A DNA stretch of 64,000 bases, taken from Squalus acanthias. Its lineage: Eukaryota. The stretch's first letter is position 1; every line of letters starts with the position of its first letter. This document shows positions 62,271-64,000 of the stretch, in pieces. The notes beneath the pieces were generated by a model that worked only from the letters and a program-made list of their open reading frames with translations, was not told the DNA's origin and made no database searches. Both the position numbers and the translations under genes were made by a program. Location: NCBI GenBank assembly GCA_030390025.1, contig CM059432.1, forward strand, positions 69,690,001 to 69,754,000, given 5' to 3'.

Positions 62271-64000
62271 GGGTTCACACTAGAAAACAATGATATTCTC
62301 CGGCCCACTTCCACCACCACCACGCTTCCCTTTACACAAAACAGTCCTTCAACCAAGTATACACCCATTGCACATCTCCCCAATGGGTCCCGTCATGTAT
62401 TGATATTCATCATGAAGCAACTGAAAGGGCGAGTTGGACAAGACGGGGAAATGATGTGTTAGCATTCAACCTCATTCCTTCTATGGTTCACAACAACACG
62501 TTTCGAGTAAACACAAGACACTTGATAGTAGAATATACAGAACAGACTTTATTGATATACAACACAGTGATCGGCCTAACAGTATACAAAGAGAGCAGCT
62601 TTTTGGCTTCAAGTTCTATCTTTTGAGCCCTCTGAAGAACTGTTGCAAACCATGCTCCTTTAAAAATCATATTTTGCCTACATCAAAGGTACATGTCACA
62701 GATAAGACCTCAAGATGTATCTATTCCAAATCCTTTGAAGACAAACTATTCACGTAAACATTTGTAGTTGTTTATTACAAAGCTACTTCCCTCAAACAAT
62801 GCTTCCTGACTGTACTGTTCACAACCTCTTTGAAGAACAGGCTTTATTAACCATTATCTTACTACACTATAGCTATACCGCTAACTATGTGTTTTACCCT
62901 AGCCCTTAATGTTTCCTTACATAAGCACTTCTCGCTTCAGAAGACAAGCTACGCATTCCTCTCACAACACTGCAAAGCCATCCTGTTTATATTGGAAAAC
63001 CTGTTGGTCCAAGATACAAAGAAGTTTGACTATTAACCCTTAACTCTTAACTCCCCAAGATGTCCAACATACAACTCTCCAGGATGTCCAACATGATGCA
63101 AATCATTAAATTTTATGTGCCGTTATAGAAAAAGGAAACTTAACAACATAACATAACATTTTGTTAAACACCCATGTGCATACCCTTGGTGAATTACACT
63201 TCCTACCACATGGTGTATCCCCAACAGCTTCAGCAAAGGTAGAGGCAGGCTACTCAGATCCTTGCTGTGACTGCTGAGATACTTTTGGCTTACGACCTCT
63301 GGGTTTTAGAACCCATGAGGGCTCTGCTTAAGACTGCGCCACCTACACCTGTACAGGGGCAGACTTGGCCATCGGGAGATGAGGCACCATGTTGGGTACT
63401 GGCTGAGAATTGGGCAACAGGTGAGAAGTGTGAGTGCTTTGAGTGGAGTTTCTACTTCCATGTCCCCTTTCACCATCATCCCTCTCCTGGCCCAGCACCA
63501 AATCACTCCTACCATTCTGTTGGAGAGCAGCTTGGTGTAGATCAATGACATGTTGTAAGGCCATGGATAAGGTATCTGTCGTCCTGGTTAAAACAGCAGA
63601 CATCTCCTGCATGGCCGTTGTCATGGCCTGCATAGACTCATTTGAGAGCCTTGCTTGAAGCTCCATGGAGGTGGCTACTCTTTCCATTGGCAGACATTCT
63701 CGCAAATACCTGCGACACCAATCCACTACTTTTGGAGCTGAACTCCTCCATCCTCTCCGTTATTGTGGAGAATGTGTGTGGCACGTCTCCCAGTACGTCG
63801 CAAAGTTACTGCTGTACCTCTATCATTCTCCTTCTCAACAGTGGCTCTCAGGGTTCAGCACCTGTTTCCAGCTGGGCAGAGCTTGGGGAGGATTCCGCCC
63901 CGACGCGGACTCTCCACAGCTATTCTTGCCACCAGTGTCTGCTCGTGCACACTTGCAAATTGTGAATCACCAGGTGAAAATCCAACTAACTGTCTAACTG

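Larger units (their letters stand above)
56060..64000. mobile_element. Probable Harbinger transposon H7 split by a long CR1; right end beyond the window
   Basis: TIR-like gggagaatttt at 56060, transposase remnant at about 61110-62270 on + and Myb-like C-terminus at about 63190-64000 on -. Linking 56060-56212 to the rest is inference. Confidence 0.6.

Overview
Vertebrate genomic DNA, most likely from a cartilaginous fish (inferred from the repeat families). It covers the middle of one + strand gene. Seven short exons (10139-43256, 877 nt) splice in frame into tandem PLAT/LH2 domains. From recalled similarity these best match the PLAT-bearing long isoform of RP1, with a LOXHD1-like gene as the alternative. 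The gene starts and ends outside the window. The introns are packed with nested mobile DNA: at least seven decayed two-gene PIF/Harbinger transposons (DDE transposase plus a convergent, intron-containing Myb/SANT-like gene, GG(G/C)-...-GAAATT TIRs, 3-bp TSDs), several Harbinger-type MITEs, CR1, L2 and RTE LINEs, a 1.66-kb solo LTR, a Tc1/pogo-type MITE, Penelope-like hairpins and a DeuSINE-like tail. The most notable observations are a roughly 3.25-kb single-ORF LINE that appears to begin with a tRNA-like Pol III head, three independent Harbinger-type MITE insertions into the same ATA/TAT of CR1 3' tail repeats, an inverted sister pair of Harbingers bracketing three exons, a 5'-inverted RTE insertion and a GC-AG micro-exon. 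All calls were made by eye; no searches or alignments were run.
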